A stretch of DNA of 64,000 nucleotides, from positions 1,344,001 through 1,408,000 of the forward strand of contig CH464491.1 in NCBI GenBank assembly GCA_000002445.1, given 5' to 3'. Positions 9,986-21,319 of this stretch are shown one piece after another. The stretch's first letter is position 1; the number at the start of each line of letters is the position of its first letter. Both the position numbers and the translations under genes were made by a program. The notes under the pieces were generated by a model. The model saw only the letters and a list, made by a program, of their open reading frames with translations. It was not told the origin of the DNA and did not search any database. The DNA comes from Trypanosoma brucei. Taxonomy: Eukaryota.

Positions 9986-11323
9986 ATGTTTCGGTGTTAT
10001 GGACGAAAACTGAGTCCCCAACTACGTGACATTATACACCGACTGGACTTTATTGAAAAACAGATTATTGATCTCAAGGCTTTTCGAGATGCGGTTCAGG
10101 CGACGTTGCCAAGCGTTGCGACCGCTGCTGATGCTCTAGCTAGGAAGCGCCAAGAAACAGCAAACCAAATCAATGTAGTGGCGAAGGATCCTTTGACGTC
10201 CGAGGAGTTCGTAGAACTGAATCAATATTATGCCGTTCAAATGGTTCAAACGTTAGCACTTCGTAATATGGTGCACATAAGGACGCATGAGGATCTATAT
10301 TCACACGCCCGATTAATTCACAGAGAGTATCTTGTACGTGTTGCACAGCGGGCCCGCGCACTTAGTCATGCATGTGTGGGGTTGTCTCAGATGCCTTCTA
10401 TTCAGGAACTACGCAGGTGGTATGAGTGGAGTTTCCATGATGTGAGGAGTACGAAAGCTCCAGTCGATGCTGAGGGCGCTCTGAAATTTGATACACTAGT
10501 TAGACGTCTTTTTTTGAGGCACTACAACGTGAGCGCACTTCTTAGCGAGGGCATGCACGAACTTGGGGAGCGCCAAAGGTGGGATGAACACTCTCACTCC
10601 GATGACCTCCTTACCGAAACATTTGACGAGCTTCAACGGTTCTTCGATGAATTTTGTATGGGTCGTGTGAGGTTGCGTTTTCTCGTGGGAAATTATGTTC
10701 AGTTGTCGACGCAAATTTTGCGGGTGGAACCACGGTACTCTGAGAAGCTTACAGCTCCCATGTATTTTGACCACGACCCCGAGAGCTTTGTTGGACAAAT
10801 ATGCCAACGATGCTCATTAATAAAACTAGTAGAGTGCGCGATACGTTCTGCAAGGGCGTCTTACAGTGAGTTGGGTATTGAGCTCCGTGTAGCTGTAGAT
10901 CCTGATGCAACGCTATCTGGGATTCCATACATTACGTATGATATTTTATCTGCGTTAATTGACGATGCCATTCAGGCTAATGTTCTACGGCAGGAAAAGT
11001 ATGGAATACCATTCACGCCAGTTGTGATCACTATTGCTCAACGCAATGCCAATGAGCAGTTTAGTGTCCGTGTTTCCGATACTGCCGGCGGGATGCCCCT
11101 TCATCTTGCCCGACACGTGTTGAAATATTGGTTTGCGTACAAGTGCACGGATGACATGTTGAAACTCGCTAAAACATGGACACATAGTCCCATACGTCTA
11201 CCATATGCTTACTGTGCAGCCAAGGTTTTAGGGGGGGATATATCAGTGGTTTCCATTGATGGTTATGGCACCGACCGTTTTCTTCATCTTCCGTCCGACG
11301 GGATAGAGAGGGTTCGTTTTTAG
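9986..11323 (+). CDS. Mitochondrial-type protein kinase of the PDK/BCKDK (GHKL ATPase) family
   Basis: ATG checked at 9986. The C-terminal HATPase-like boxes are VRVSDTAGGMP (11066-11098, G1 DxGxG) and DGYGTDRF (11258-11281, G2 GxGxG). RLRFLVGNYVQL resembles the PDK RIGIRMLINQH motif. The N-terminal helical domain resembles the BCDHK/PDK dimerisation domain. Confidence 0.55.
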   Translation: MFRCYGRKLSPQLRDIIHRLDFIEKQIIDLKAFRDAVQATLPSVATAADALARKRQETANQINVVAKDPLTSEEFVELNQYYAVQMVQTLALRNMVHIRTHEDLYSHARLIHREYLVRVAQRARALSHACVGLSQMPSIQELRRWYEWSFHDVRSTKAPVDAEGALKFDTLVRRLFLRHYNVSALLSEGMHELGERQRWDEHSHSDDLLTETFDELQRFFDEFCMGRVRLRFLVGNYVQLSTQILRVEPRYSEKLTAPMYFDHDPESFVGQICQRCSLIKLVECAIRSARASYSELGIELRVAVDPDATLSGIPYITYDILSALIDDAIQANVLRQEKYGIPFTPVVITIAQRNANEQFSVRVSDTAGGMPLHLARHVLKYWFAYKCTDDMLKLAKTWTHSPIRLPYAYCAAKVLGGDISVVSIDGYGTDRFLHLPSDGIERVRF

Positions 11324-13788
11324 CAGTCAGCTTTTGCTAATCTTAATTTGTTTAACTGAGATACTTACGTTTACACCTAAGCGGGAGAGCGAACTGACAC
11401 ACAGTTTACTACTTTTTTCTGAACTTGTTAACTATCGCTCGATTTTCGTTAGCATTCACCATTTGTTTTACTCGTATTTTAACGTGGAATCCTCTAATGA
11501 AATTACGGAAACGAACGACTTTATCTTTTCCTGCTTATGGACATTTACCACCTTACTCTTCCTCTCTATTTTTTGCTTTGCGTTCCTCTGTTCGTGGAAG
11601 GTGGTTACTTGATGCTTTACCCTCATAATTATATCTGTACGACTACAAAATTTTTGTTCACCATTAGCAAGCATAGCCGTTGCCTGTTTCTACAAAAAAA
11701 AAACAACAAGCGACAGGGTAAGTGAATGTATAGATTAAGCGGGATATTTATGTGAAAGTCTACTAGAGGAAAGCCGTTCAAAAGTCCAACTTCCCCCCAC
11801 ATAGGACATTTTAGTTGTGCTGAGAGGTGTACCTGCTAACTCGTGCGCTCGTGCGGGACTACAACGTGATCAAGGCAGTTGTTGAGAAGTATAAGTAAGT
11901 TCTTACTGTTTTCTTTCCCTGAGATTAATAAAGACAAGGGTTCTCGGCGGAGGGGTATCGAAAAAAGTGATCATGTAGAGGGATATATGCGCTTGAAAAC
12001 TGCCGTTAGCGTTTCTTCTGGAGCGAAGATCATGTTTGTGGAAGTCACTGGTGATGCCGTGCTGTACCCACGACGGGCTGTATTATCTTACATTGCTTCT
12101 TGCGAGCCCCACGGTATGCAGTTTGATATTTGCCCGCCCTTACTCTCCGAGAAACACACATGTGCCCTGGATGTTGTTGGGTTGCTCCGGGGCGTAATAT
12201 GCATATCGTCTTTAACCCTGGGAATGCGCAGTGTGGCGGGCTGCATGAGAGTTAGCAAACCACACCTTACTCGCCAGCAAAGCTATGTTTTCTTTCCTTT
12301 TTGTTTTATTCCCACTTCTTCAGTGCCGTTTGTTGCTGGTCGATATTCCGCCGTAATTAAAGAGAAAATGATTCGTATGCACGGTAAACACTACTTTTGT
12401 ATAAAAGTGCCAGTGTTGCGCCTTACAGCTTTCCAAGGCGTGCAGGGCGGGGGGGGCAGGGTGTTATTCGAGGTCACTTGAGTGGCTGCGGCGCGGTGAG
12501 TTGTGTTCTTTTCAGATCTAAAAAGGCCGCGGTAATGATGTGTACGATGGATTCGTTTTTTAAGGCGATGACGAGCTGGTAAAGTGAGAAAAAGTTGTGC
12601 GGTGCCGACGTTGGTGCATTCATCCCAATTATAGGAAGAGCCTTCTATCTCTCCATCACATATTTTGGTTGTAGCAACGATTTTTGTTGGATGTATTTGG
12701 TGACTTTAGGCATATTCTTCTTTGCGGATATGGATATTGAATGAGGGCATATAGTTGTATTCCATCACGGTGATCTGCGACAGGTTTTAAATAAATTAGC
12801 TTTAGCCCCGTTGTTAACATCCGTTTTGAGACCCGTGTACGACATTTGGGTGACACCTTCATGATTCTATGCTCGAATAACTGCCTTTTCATTGCTAGAG
12901 ACTTGATTACTGGATAATTATACAAACATTTGAAGGGAAGGGCGCGTTACAGAGGTAAACAAACACACAACGCAAATTTTCGATTGCTGACCTTTTTTGC
13001 TCTCAGAGACGCCGAGGGAAAGGAAGCGAAAAGCCTTCTTCTGTGAAGACGTGAGCGCAAGGCTCACAGCAAAGAGGGAGGTTGCAGTGATACGAATCGA
13101 CGGTAAACGTGCTTGTGTGTTTTTCTGTGGCGATGTTTTTAAATATTACTGTTTATGAACCACTGACGTCAGTAACACAGATTTCACTACTTATATGGTC
13201 TCCTCTTTTTATTTCTTTAAGTTTGTTGTAGAGAATGTGAAACATATGAAGGTAATACAACTGTTCTAACTTCCCCCCTGGGTGACAGTATAGTTCAACG
13301 AAGAAGACGGAAGGCCATGACCTGTGGTGCTGTACAGGTGGGATACTTCGCACAAAGGGCGCATAACGGAAAATATTGCGTATGTTAAACGCGATTTTAT
13401 TTTGTTTCTTTTGAGTTCTTCAGACGTTTGTCTGTACAGGTGGAAAGGGGGAAAAGACTCGTATTTTAATTTTACCGCAAAAAAAAAAAAGAAATTAAGT
13501 TTTTGTTAACTAGTGTGTGACTCACATAAGGGAGCACACTTAGATGAGCGGATCACATGAGGTGGGATAAAGGTGCAGGCGTGTGTCCATGATGCTCCTT
13601 TCTTCTTCTTTTTTTTTTTTTGAGAGAGTTTTGTGGTTGTCATCTGTCTTTTATTCTGTTGGCCTTATGCTCTTTCTTGGTTGAGTGAGGTAGTAAAGGG
13701 TATGGTGGGGTATTGTCGTGAAGAGGAGCTACGGTTGCGTTTTGTGCATGATGGATTGCAATGGAAACCGTAATGTTACCTGTGTTTA

Positions 13789-13812
13789 GTGTGTGTGTGT
13801 GTGTATGTGTGG
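13789..13812. repeat. (GT)n microsatellite
   Basis: gtgtgtgtgtgtgtgtatgtgtgg, read directly from the sequence. Confidence 0.9.
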
Positions 13813-14890
13813 TTGTGTGCCGTCATTGACAGGAGATCGCGTCTCTTGTGAGAGTCTATATTACAGTTCGGCGCAACGGTTTTGCCGCGTTAACGCTGCT
13901 GGAATCTAATCAGAGATGTTGGGATGCCTTGAAGTGTATGTTTGCTGCTAAGGTTGTTCGCAGTGTTGTGCCTCTATTGTGTTGCGTAAGTAAAGGGTCG
14001 ACTGCCCTTGTTGCCGGTGTGGGAAGTAATGAGTCCGTGCATGCTTTCCCTTGTTCGCGTTTGTGGCGTATGGGTTGTGTGTAAATCGTTATTCTTTTCT
14101 GTTAATCATCGTGAGGAGCATGTTGATATAATTTTTGGTCTTTTTCGTTCATTTGTGACAGGGGGTCAGCTCCAGGTGGTGCAAAAGTACCAGAATGAGT
14201 GGTGTAATGCCGAGGCGGATGATTCCACTGCGGCACCATACGATGCTGTCTCAAAAGGTTGAAGCGTCCTTTCACAGTGTGTTTGGGGGGGGGGTTCTGC
14301 TTTGTTGAAGTGAGCGCTGGTGGTGTTTTGATTGCAAGTGCTGAACAAATGGCAACATTACATGATTGCCCTTGAAGTGTCTGTATACACCCTGATGGGT
14401 GAGCGGAGCACATTTCTTTATGTTAGACGGCGGTTGTGGTGCTGAAATTTATCATAGCTGCCTGTGAGTGCCCATCTCGACCATCCAAGGATACTTAGAT
14501 ATTGTTCACTGTTTCCATATTCTTTGTTATTTTTTAAAGGCGAGGTTAAGTAAAAGTAGATTGCTGCATATTGCATTTGTGCGTAGGCCAGTACCGGCGG
14601 TTGATCTCACGAAAATTACTTTTATTTATTTTTGTGGTTAACAATAACCCCTCTCCTGCCTGGTTATTCCCAACGAGTGTGTATGGATCTGATGTTCTCT
14701 TCCAACCACAGTGATTGGACCCACTGCTGTATTGGTCGGCGCAGAATTTGCCGAAGCTTTTGTTTTAATATCTACCTTGCGGTAAGAGGAATCTTGCGAA
14801 TAACGTGTAAGCAAAAGTGTCAAAAACCGAACGCTTCGATGTCCCCCTCCAAATTCGAAGTTTGAGAATTTACCTGGATGCTGGTGCCTA

Positions 14891-14930
14891 ACCTACCCTA
14901 TTTCCCCCTTTTTTCCCCTGCGATTGTGTC
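14891..14930 (+). promoter_or_regulatory. Polypyrimidine tract upstream of the ANTH/CALM gene (candidate splice-acceptor signal)
   Basis: ctaacctaccctatttcccccttttttcccctgcgattgtgtctcgtgtAG, followed about 50 nt later by the ATG at 14987. Confidence 0.45.
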
Positions 14931-14986
14931 TCGTGTAGTCAGGTTGCCGAAAGGCTCAAAGTTAATTACATCGCAACATCGGTTCG

Positions 14987-16465
14987 ATGAACTCTAAAGA
15001 CACGAATGAGTTGAAAAGGGGTGCTGGGTACCTAAAAGAAAAAGCAATAATTGGGCTTACGCGTGTGACGGGAAATGAACTGGATCGTGCCATATACAAA
15101 GTTACAAGTCACAAGCTTAAGGCCCCTAAGGAGAAGCACATGCAGCGGGTTTTGGCCGCGACACGCGGATATAGTAGCCAGAAAACTCACAAAGGTCGCA
15201 ACACATGCGAGTACATTGTTTCTGAGTTTGAGAAGCGTCTTCATACACACAACTGGATCGTTGTATTGAAAACGTTGGTGACGTTTCATCGCTTAATGAA
15301 GGATGGTTCGGACGAGGTGAATAATTGTATACAGCAGAACCGTAATATTTTTTGCTTTCGCAACATAAAGGACCTTTCAGAGAGTTCCGAAGGGGCCGTA
15401 CAAAGTGTGTTTATCCGCCAGTATATGTATTACCTCGAGGAGCGTTCCTCTTCTCAACGGAAGCTAGGTGCTTCTAAACGTATGGAAAACAGTGAATTTG
15501 GCGTTTTTCTTCGGTCCCTCGATGTTGACACTCTTGGCCCCGTCTTTGAGTCGCTGTTGGTGCAACTTTCTGCACTTGTCGAGGTACAGTACAAGGAGGC
15601 TATAGTTGACAACTTTTGCACGATGGAGGCTTTTCAAAGGCTGGTGAACGATGGGAAGCTACTCTATCAGATACTTTCAGACCGGGCAATCTTTATACTT
15701 GACGGCTTTAGTGGGTTTACTCTTCAGCAGAAAAAGGATTGGGTAAGGCGGTATCGGGAATACACTGTAGTGGGAGAGAGACTGCGCTTACTTTTCGAAT
15801 CAATCGCAAACTCAAAAAGGATGTTTGACGAACCTCCTCCACCCCTAAAGGCGCTTCCCGGGTCTTTATTAGAGAGCCTGGAGAGAGAAGTCCGTTTGAG
15901 TAGCATAGCTCACGAGGACATAACCGAGACGCTCGAGAGTCTGGGTATAACTGCCGATGAAAAGACCCCACTGAAGGCGACAACTTCAGATGGCACAATG
16001 GCAATATACTCACCAGTGGCGACTGAGAAGGCGCTTGACACCACAGAGACAGGAGCACCTCCGGTCACTGAGCCCAAAAAAGAGTCTGGTTTCTCAATTG
16101 ATGATCTGTTTGTACCTCCTCCTGTCACCGACTCTCATCAACAAACATCTTATAACCCGTCCACAATACCTCAAGGTACCCAGATGGAGGGGCCCCTTAT
16201 TCAAACTGAGGCGAACCCAAACATGACCTACACTTTCCCAACCGGGGTTCCTGTTGGTCAAAACTTCTTCGGCCAACAACCGACAGGGAATTCATTGACG
16301 TGGGAGGCCCCCAGCCCTGCACCGGGTTCGATGCAACCGCAGTCTGCGGCGGGCATCGTTCCCTCGTGGAGTGATTCGTCAGCATCATGGGGTCGAGGTA
16401 ATTGCGGTAGCAATACTGTGGATCCGTTTAAGGATCTTTACGCGAGCCAGAAGGGAGGCCAGTAG
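14987..16465 (+). CDS. ANTH-domain clathrin assembly protein (CALM/AP180-like)
   Basis: ATG checked at 14987. The N-terminal ...LTRVTGNELDRAIYKVTSHKLKAPKEKHMQRVL (15098-15139) matches the ANTH signature (K/A)TxH plus a basic PIP2-binding patch. The C-terminal half is low-complexity and Pro/Gln/Ser-rich with DLF/DPF-like motifs (DDLFVPPP, VDPFKDL), typical of clathrin adaptors. Confidence 0.7.
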   Translation: MNSKDTNELKRGAGYLKEKAIIGLTRVTGNELDRAIYKVTSHKLKAPKEKHMQRVLAATRGYSSQKTHKGRNTCEYIVSEFEKRLHTHNWIVVLKTLVTFHRLMKDGSDEVNNCIQQNRNIFCFRNIKDLSESSEGAVQSVFIRQYMYYLEERSSSQRKLGASKRMENSEFGVFLRSLDVDTLGPVFESLLVQLSALVEVQYKEAIVDNFCTMEAFQRLVNDGKLLYQILSDRAIFILDGFSGFTLQQKKDWVRRYREYTVVGERLRLLFESIANSKRMFDEPPPPLKALPGSLLESLEREVRLSSIAHEDITETLESLGITADEKTPLKATTSDGTMAIYSPVATEKALDTTETGAPPVTEPKKESGFSIDDLFVPPPVTDSHQQTSYNPSTIPQGTQMEGPLIQTEANPNMTYTFPTGVPVGQNFFGQQPTGNSLTWEAPSPAPGSMQPQSAAGIVPSWSDSSASWGRGNCGSNTVDPFKDLYASQKGGQ

Positions 16466-16566
16466 TCGAGTGGCAGGATGAAAACGTTTTCCAATTATTC
16501 AGGTCGTGTGTTGGTGCAGTGGTTGGGTCTGGGTAAAATACTGTGTCCTTATCACTGAGGTAGTGA

Positions 16567-16590
16567 ATATATATATATATATATATATAT
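16567..16590. repeat. (AT)n microsatellite
   Basis: atatatatatatatatatatatat, read directly from the sequence. Confidence 0.9.
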
Positions 16591-18006
16591 GTTGATGTGT
16601 GCCTGATAGGCGAGATCACCACCTATTGGCCCGTGCGGCGACTGCTTTCCTTCTTTTGTGCGGTACTAGGAGACTGAGGGTTGTAAGGGACTTCCCCTAT
16701 TCCTATGTTGCCCTTTTGGGACGGCCTAGCGAGGGCGTGACAGTAGTGGTGCTACTTGAGGTGGGAAAGATTTTGGAACCTCTGTATTTGCGTTTGGTAG
16801 AGGTGGGTTGGCCGCACATCGGGGGTGGACGAAGAAAAATCAGTTGTGTTTTTTTGATTACTGTTTTTGTTCTCGGGGATGCTTATAGCGGTGCACGGTT
16901 TTCGAATCTGGTGCCCGGGCTACGAAAGGGTGTTTTGAGGAGGGGGAGGATCAAAAGTAACGCCCTTTTCGTAATTCTGATGCTTATTACCCTCCATTTT
17001 ATTGATGCTCGTGTTTCGAGGTTGTTTAATGGTGGCATTTCCCTTGTAGGGAAGCTTCTCTTTGTTGTTTGTGGCCCTTTTTTGTTCCTTAAGGAAAACC
17101 CGGACCGCACCCGTACTTGCATGAATCAGGTTTTTACGCAATAGGTCGGCGGTATTTGGGGTCCTCTACCGCGACCCGAAACCGACACCCAAACAAGTTA
17201 TCATTTCTCTTTTTTTTTTTTTTGCGGGACTTTATTCTTGTGGTATAGAATGGCTTGGATTCCCCCCTTACTGACTGTACTCCCAACACGCTCGGCCCTT
17301 CCGTACGGCCGCATTTTCGTGTAGGCGACGCAACCGGCGGGTGGTGGTTGTTTTTATGCTTTGCGTGGGGCTTGGTGACCTGTGGCACATGTTCGGTGAC
17401 TTCAGGTCAAGAATTATTTTTTATGTGCCCGCTTTCAGTTGATTCTATTCGTACCACCACTTTCCCCCTTCTATTCATAACTTAGTAGACGGTATTTGTG
17501 AAAATGTGCTAGGGAATTGTCGCACTTCAGTGCGTTGTGGGCGTTTTTGAAGATACGGAGTTCTTGTTAATTCCCACGTTGACATACTTTATTTGCTTTC
17601 TTACTTGTGCTTCAGATTCCTAAGCTCCTCAATATTTTTGAGTGTTACATTTTTTTAATGATGTTGTTGTACTACGTAGGGCATCCATGGAAGAGCAAAG
17701 TAAAGCATATATCATTTGTGATGGGTGAAGGAAGGGCGTTTTGACAAGTGCAATGCATGCCCGTGGTCGCTGCAGTTTTTTGCCGTTGTATGACCGCTCA
17801 CAAAACTCCCATCCCTCGAGTGAGTATGCACGTTGCTCAATCGTAGTGTGGTGCGTGTGGTGCCCGTTATTTTCGTACTTTTCAAACATTTTCATGCACC
17901 GAGTATATGCTGCAGTTTCCGCTCATATTTCATTTTACCCCCGATTTTTTATTCTTTGACTTCCTCCCTCCAGTTGTTCAACGATTAGAAGCGTTCCGAC
18001 AAGGTT

Positions 18007-18531
18007 ATGAGGGCTCTCCGCCTAACTACATTTATCACTGCCACTAGTGCCGTTCGCTTACAATCAGGAGGAAATTATGGTCGGCAACCTCCACGCGAAT
18101 ATCGCCAACGACCCCACCAACCTCAGCATCGTTTTGGTGGCCCCCGTGACGGACGGCCGCAGAGGGGTTCCCCGCCTCCTCAGGGGTCTTCCTATGGCGG
18201 GTCTTGCAATAGGTTGAGCGAACCGCAGTTGGTGGCCAAACTGTTAGAGCACTTTCCTGTGGGTAAGACATCTATCCCAGTAAACAAGTGGGCGCCTTTT
18301 GTGCCCGAGGACATTCAAGAAGCGTTGGTACCCTTTGGGGGGTTGGCTCATTTTGCAGCGTCACAGACTAATTTCTTCATTGTTCGCAAGGAAAACGGGT
18401 TGACAGTTGTAACGCTTTCTACGATGGCCTCCACGTTGTGTGTAGAAAGGGAGAAAAGTATCAAAAAACGTGAAGAGAAGGCAGCAGCTTACGCTGCTCG
18501 CCGCCGCGACCAACCGCGGCGTTCACACTAG
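18007..18531 (+). CDS. Hypothetical protein (174 aa) with an N-terminus resembling a mitochondrial presequence
   Basis: ATG checked at 18007. MRALRLTTFITATSAVRLQ is Arg/Leu/Thr-rich with no acidic residues. It is followed by a Pro/Gly/Arg/Gln-rich low-complexity stretch and a globular C-terminal part. No motif recognised. Confidence 0.4.
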   Translation: MRALRLTTFITATSAVRLQSGGNYGRQPPREYRQRPHQPQHRFGGPRDGRPQRGSPPPQGSSYGGSCNRLSEPQLVAKLLEHFPVGKTSIPVNKWAPFVPEDIQEALVPFGGLAHFAASQTNFFIVRKENGLTVVTLSTMASTLCVEREKSIKKREEKAAAYAARRRDQPRRSH

Positions 18532-18645
18532 AGCAACCAAACTGTTGACGGTATGACTCAGCGTAGTTTCTAGCGAGGTTTTCCCCCTCTTAATGTTAAG
18601 TAGGTATGCGTACGGAGCGAGCCTGTCATTCCACCCGTATGCTGT

Positions 18646-18705
18646 CTTCTCATTTCTTGGCCATCCTTTCCTTTGTTCTCACTTTTCTATATTATTATGA
18701 TTGTC
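18646..18705 (+). promoter_or_regulatory. Polypyrimidine tract upstream of RPL17 (candidate splice-acceptor signal)
   Basis: cttctcatttcttggccatcctttcctttgttctcacttttctatattattatg, about 50-100 nt upstream of the ATG at 18750. Confidence 0.45.
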
Positions 18706-18749
18706 ATTCGGTATGTTTGATTTCTGTTGCAAGGGGTAGGGATTAGGCC

Positions 18750-19250
18750 ATGGTGCATTACTCCCGCAAGCCACAGGTTTCCTCGAAGACAGCCAAGGCG
18801 AAGATCGCCGACCTCCGCTGCCACTACAAGAACACCTTCGAGACGGCTAATGTGATCAACGGCATGAAGCTGCGTAAGGCCCAGCAGTTGTATCGGCAGG
18901 TCCTCGCCAAAACCCGCTGCATTCCCTTCAAGCGTTACAATGGAAAGATTGGCAATACGGCACAAGCCAAGGAGTGGGGACAGACGAAGGGACGCTGGCC
19001 ACGCAAGTCCGTTGTAGCGATGCTCTCATTGTTGAAGAATGCTGAGGCAAATGCCATCGAGAAGGGACTCGACCCCGGAAAGATGGTCATTAAACACGTT
19101 CAGGTGGATCAGGCCCCTCGCGTGCGTCGCCGTACGTTCCGTGCCCATGGCCGCATAACGCCGTACATGCGCAGCCCGTGCCACGTACAGCTCTTCATGA
19201 CCCAGCCCCAGGAGCGCGTCCCTGTTCCCAAAAGCAAACCCAAGAAGTAG
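18750..19250 (+). CDS. RPL17: 60S ribosomal protein L17 (uL22)
   Basis: ATG checked at 18750. MVHYSRKP...IADLRCHYKNTFETANVINGM...CIPFKRYNGKIGNTAQAKEWGQTKGRWPRKS...RRRTFRAHGRITPYMRSPCHV is collinear with eukaryotic RPL17 (MVRYS..., ...[22 protein letters not shown]) over the full length. Confidence 0.9.
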   Translation: MVHYSRKPQVSSKTAKAKIADLRCHYKNTFETANVINGMKLRKAQQLYRQVLAKTRCIPFKRYNGKIGNTAQAKEWGQTKGRWPRKSVVAMLSLLKNAEANAIEKGLDPGKMVIKHVQVDQAPRVRRRTFRAHGRITPYMRSPCHVQLFMTQPQERVPVPKSKPKK

Positions 19251-19506
19251 GCCGCTGATGGGCTTGTCCTTAACACTCATTTATTGGTACAAGTATTTAC
19301 TTTATTTTTTCTGAACATCATGAGCGCATCATCATGCTGCTGGTGCTGAAGTAGAGTTCCATGTGACCAGATATTTTCCGTTATCTTGGTTGTGGTTCTC
19401 GGCAGCTTGATAACGACTCAGCTCGCAGTGTTTTCACTCTCTCCTGTCTTTCTTTCCTTTATGCTTTTTTTTTCCTGCGCTCCTTCTGGGTTAGTCGGCT
19501 ACGGGA

Positions 19507-20922
19507 ATGTTCACTGTATCTTCATCGATGCGCTGCGGAACTGCATATCGGACGGCCGCCGATCGATGTCAGGTGAGTCGTTATCATCAGCAACTCGTAG
19601 ATAGCAGATACTGGAACTGTTCAACCCCTTCACAAGCGTTGTCCACTTTGAGCGTACTGGTTCGATCACGCACGGTCGTTGATGCACTTGACGTGGCCGC
19701 GTTAGGAGCGCTGGAAGCCATGGCTCCCAGCATGACGCAGGGTGAACGTACATTGCTTCAGAAGTTTTCAACATTTTTGAAATTCAAAAATACCACTTGT
19801 CTACCGCCCGCTTCACCTCATGAGTCGAATGCGTCCCCCCTCACGGGGGACCCTAACGTCAATGTAGTCGCCTTGTACACTAAGCTTATGGGGGAGAAGC
19901 CTTCGGTAGCTGTGGAGGAGATCGGGTCCATTTCGTTTTCATCCGATTCGATCCTTCAACTCAGCACGGTGGGTGCTCTGATGTTATTTGAGATGATGGT
20001 TTCTACGACATTTCAACCTTGTGCCAGTTGGCGGATTGAGGATAACATCGTCGCTCTTCTTAACCACCTAAGGAATACTGTGATCCGCGGTGATACTGTC
20101 GATTCCAGAACTCTAGGGTGGATCATGTCGAAGCTTAACAGCGCAGGCTCGCCTATTGCTTGTCGTCCCTCAGAGTGTGGCCGCCTTTTCAAGGCTTGTG
20201 TGAAGCGTCTCAATGATATCCTACCGCAGATGTCGGTGAATGAATGTCTTCAGATACTACCCCTAATCGACACTACAGCTTACGAGAGGCCGTTTATAGT
20301 TTGTGTGGAGATTGTTAAACGTCTCGATGCTTGCTCTGAGATAGAACTCAGTGACGTGCGGACATCGACGCTGCTTTCCGCATTGAGGTGTGAAGATGTG
20401 ACGTTAAAGACTTTCATGAAAATCTGCCGTGTTATTTCGAAGGAATTCCGTATAGTGGAGCTCAGTAAGGGTGAAAGTTTGCTTTTTCTTACAATTTTAG
20501 TGGCACGCCTCAACTCCAGTGCTTCGGCCGAAGATGTTGGAATCATTGGGAACAATGGGAAGGTGTGGGAGGCCCTTTTTGCGCAACTTTACGTGGATAC
20601 CGGTGACATGAGCGTCGTCGAGTGCATTGAAGCGCTTATGTGTTTGGAGGTTTTATATTTTTCTCCCCTCATAACTGCGGTCCCAGGTGGCTTGGTTGAG
20701 AAATTGAAGAAGAGAGTGTTTTTTGTTATTCGGAAGGCCATGAAACAAAGACATGTAACCGCTCAGGAGGTTGAGCTCTTTCTCAAATCCCTACAGCGCC
20801 TAGGGGAATTGCTCAAGAGGTGTCTTCTTTTCCCTTTGCTTGAGAAAGACACGGCAATAATCACGGAGCTTCAGGCAGAACTGGCACTTCGTTTAGTACA
20901 GCAAAGTGTAAATACAGCTTGA
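19507..20922 (+). CDS. Hypothetical protein (471 aa), Leu-rich alpha-helical
   Basis: ATG checked at 19507. Long ORF in the common coding orientation with no recognisable catalytic motif. Repeated Leu-rich helices could be a helical-repeat RNA- or protein-binding fold. Confidence 0.45.
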   Translation: MFTVSSSMRCGTAYRTAADRCQVSRYHQQLVDSRYWNCSTPSQALSTLSVLVRSRTVVDALDVAALGALEAMAPSMTQGERTLLQKFSTFLKFKNTTCLPPASPHESNASPLTGDPNVNVVALYTKLMGEKPSVAVEEIGSISFSSDSILQLSTVGALMLFEMMVSTTFQPCASWRIEDNIVALLNHLRNTVIRGDTVDSRTLGWIMSKLNSAGSPIACRPSECGRLFKACVKRLNDILPQMSVNECLQILPLIDTTAYERPFIVCVEIVKRLDACSEIELSDVRTSTLLSALRCEDVTLKTFMKICRVISKEFRIVELSKGESLLFLTILVARLNSSASAEDVGIIGNNGKVWEALFAQLYVDTGDMSVVECIEALMCLEVLYFSPLITAVPGGLVEKLKKRVFFVIRKAMKQRHVTAQEVELFLKSLQRLGELLKRCLLFPLLEKDTAIITELQAELALRLVQQSVNTA

Positions 20923-21319
20923 CAGGTAAGTGTTTCACTGTCCGTGGCTGCGGGTCGTTCTTTTTTGTTTGCCACGTTTTCCCTCTCTAATGTCGGAGTA
21001 TCGAGGTTCTGAGTGTGTATTATGTTGTTGTGGACCGTTTTTCTCCTTTGTCGTATTTGGGGTTCACTTGCGATTGGCGGCCAGGGCTTCAGACACGTCA
21101 TTAAGAAAAAATTTAAGGGCGTGATGGGAAAGGGATTTTCTTCGCTTTTATGGTATCTTCACGAAGTTATACCTTACGCTGTGAGAATGAAAAGTGTTTC
21201 TATTTTCCTTCTTTAAAGGTTAGCCAATTCATATATATTGAGAAAGAAAAGAGGAACACAAGTTATCGACCACGTAAGTCGGCGACTGGAAGAACAAGCG
21301 AAAAGAGGGGCAGTAGCAG

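Noticed and set aside
11879-12481. 200-aa ORF in the long gap between the kinase and the ANTH gene
   Set aside because: The ORF-track start is TTG, not ATG. The translation is Cys/Phe/Arg-rich and low-complexity with no motif. It ends in a Gly run encoded by a G-homopolymer. It is most likely a chance ORF in G/T-rich spacer.
12530-12600. Possible C/D box snoRNA (aatgatgtg near 12536)
   Set aside because: The C-box match is imperfect (TGATGT, not TGATGA). No D box (CTGA) lies at a suitable distance, and no terminal stem is present. It is insufficient to call a snoRNA.
16900-16930. tRNA-like T-loop motif (ggttttcgaatctgg)
   Set aside because: The TTCGAATC-like string is not flanked by complementary 5-bp stems. 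No acceptor or anticodon arm can be built around it. No tRNA was called.
16599-17144. 181-aa ORF downstream of the ANTH gene
   Set aside because: No ATG context, Arg/Leu/Val-rich translation of GT-rich spacer, no motif. It overlaps antisense ORFs of similar quality.
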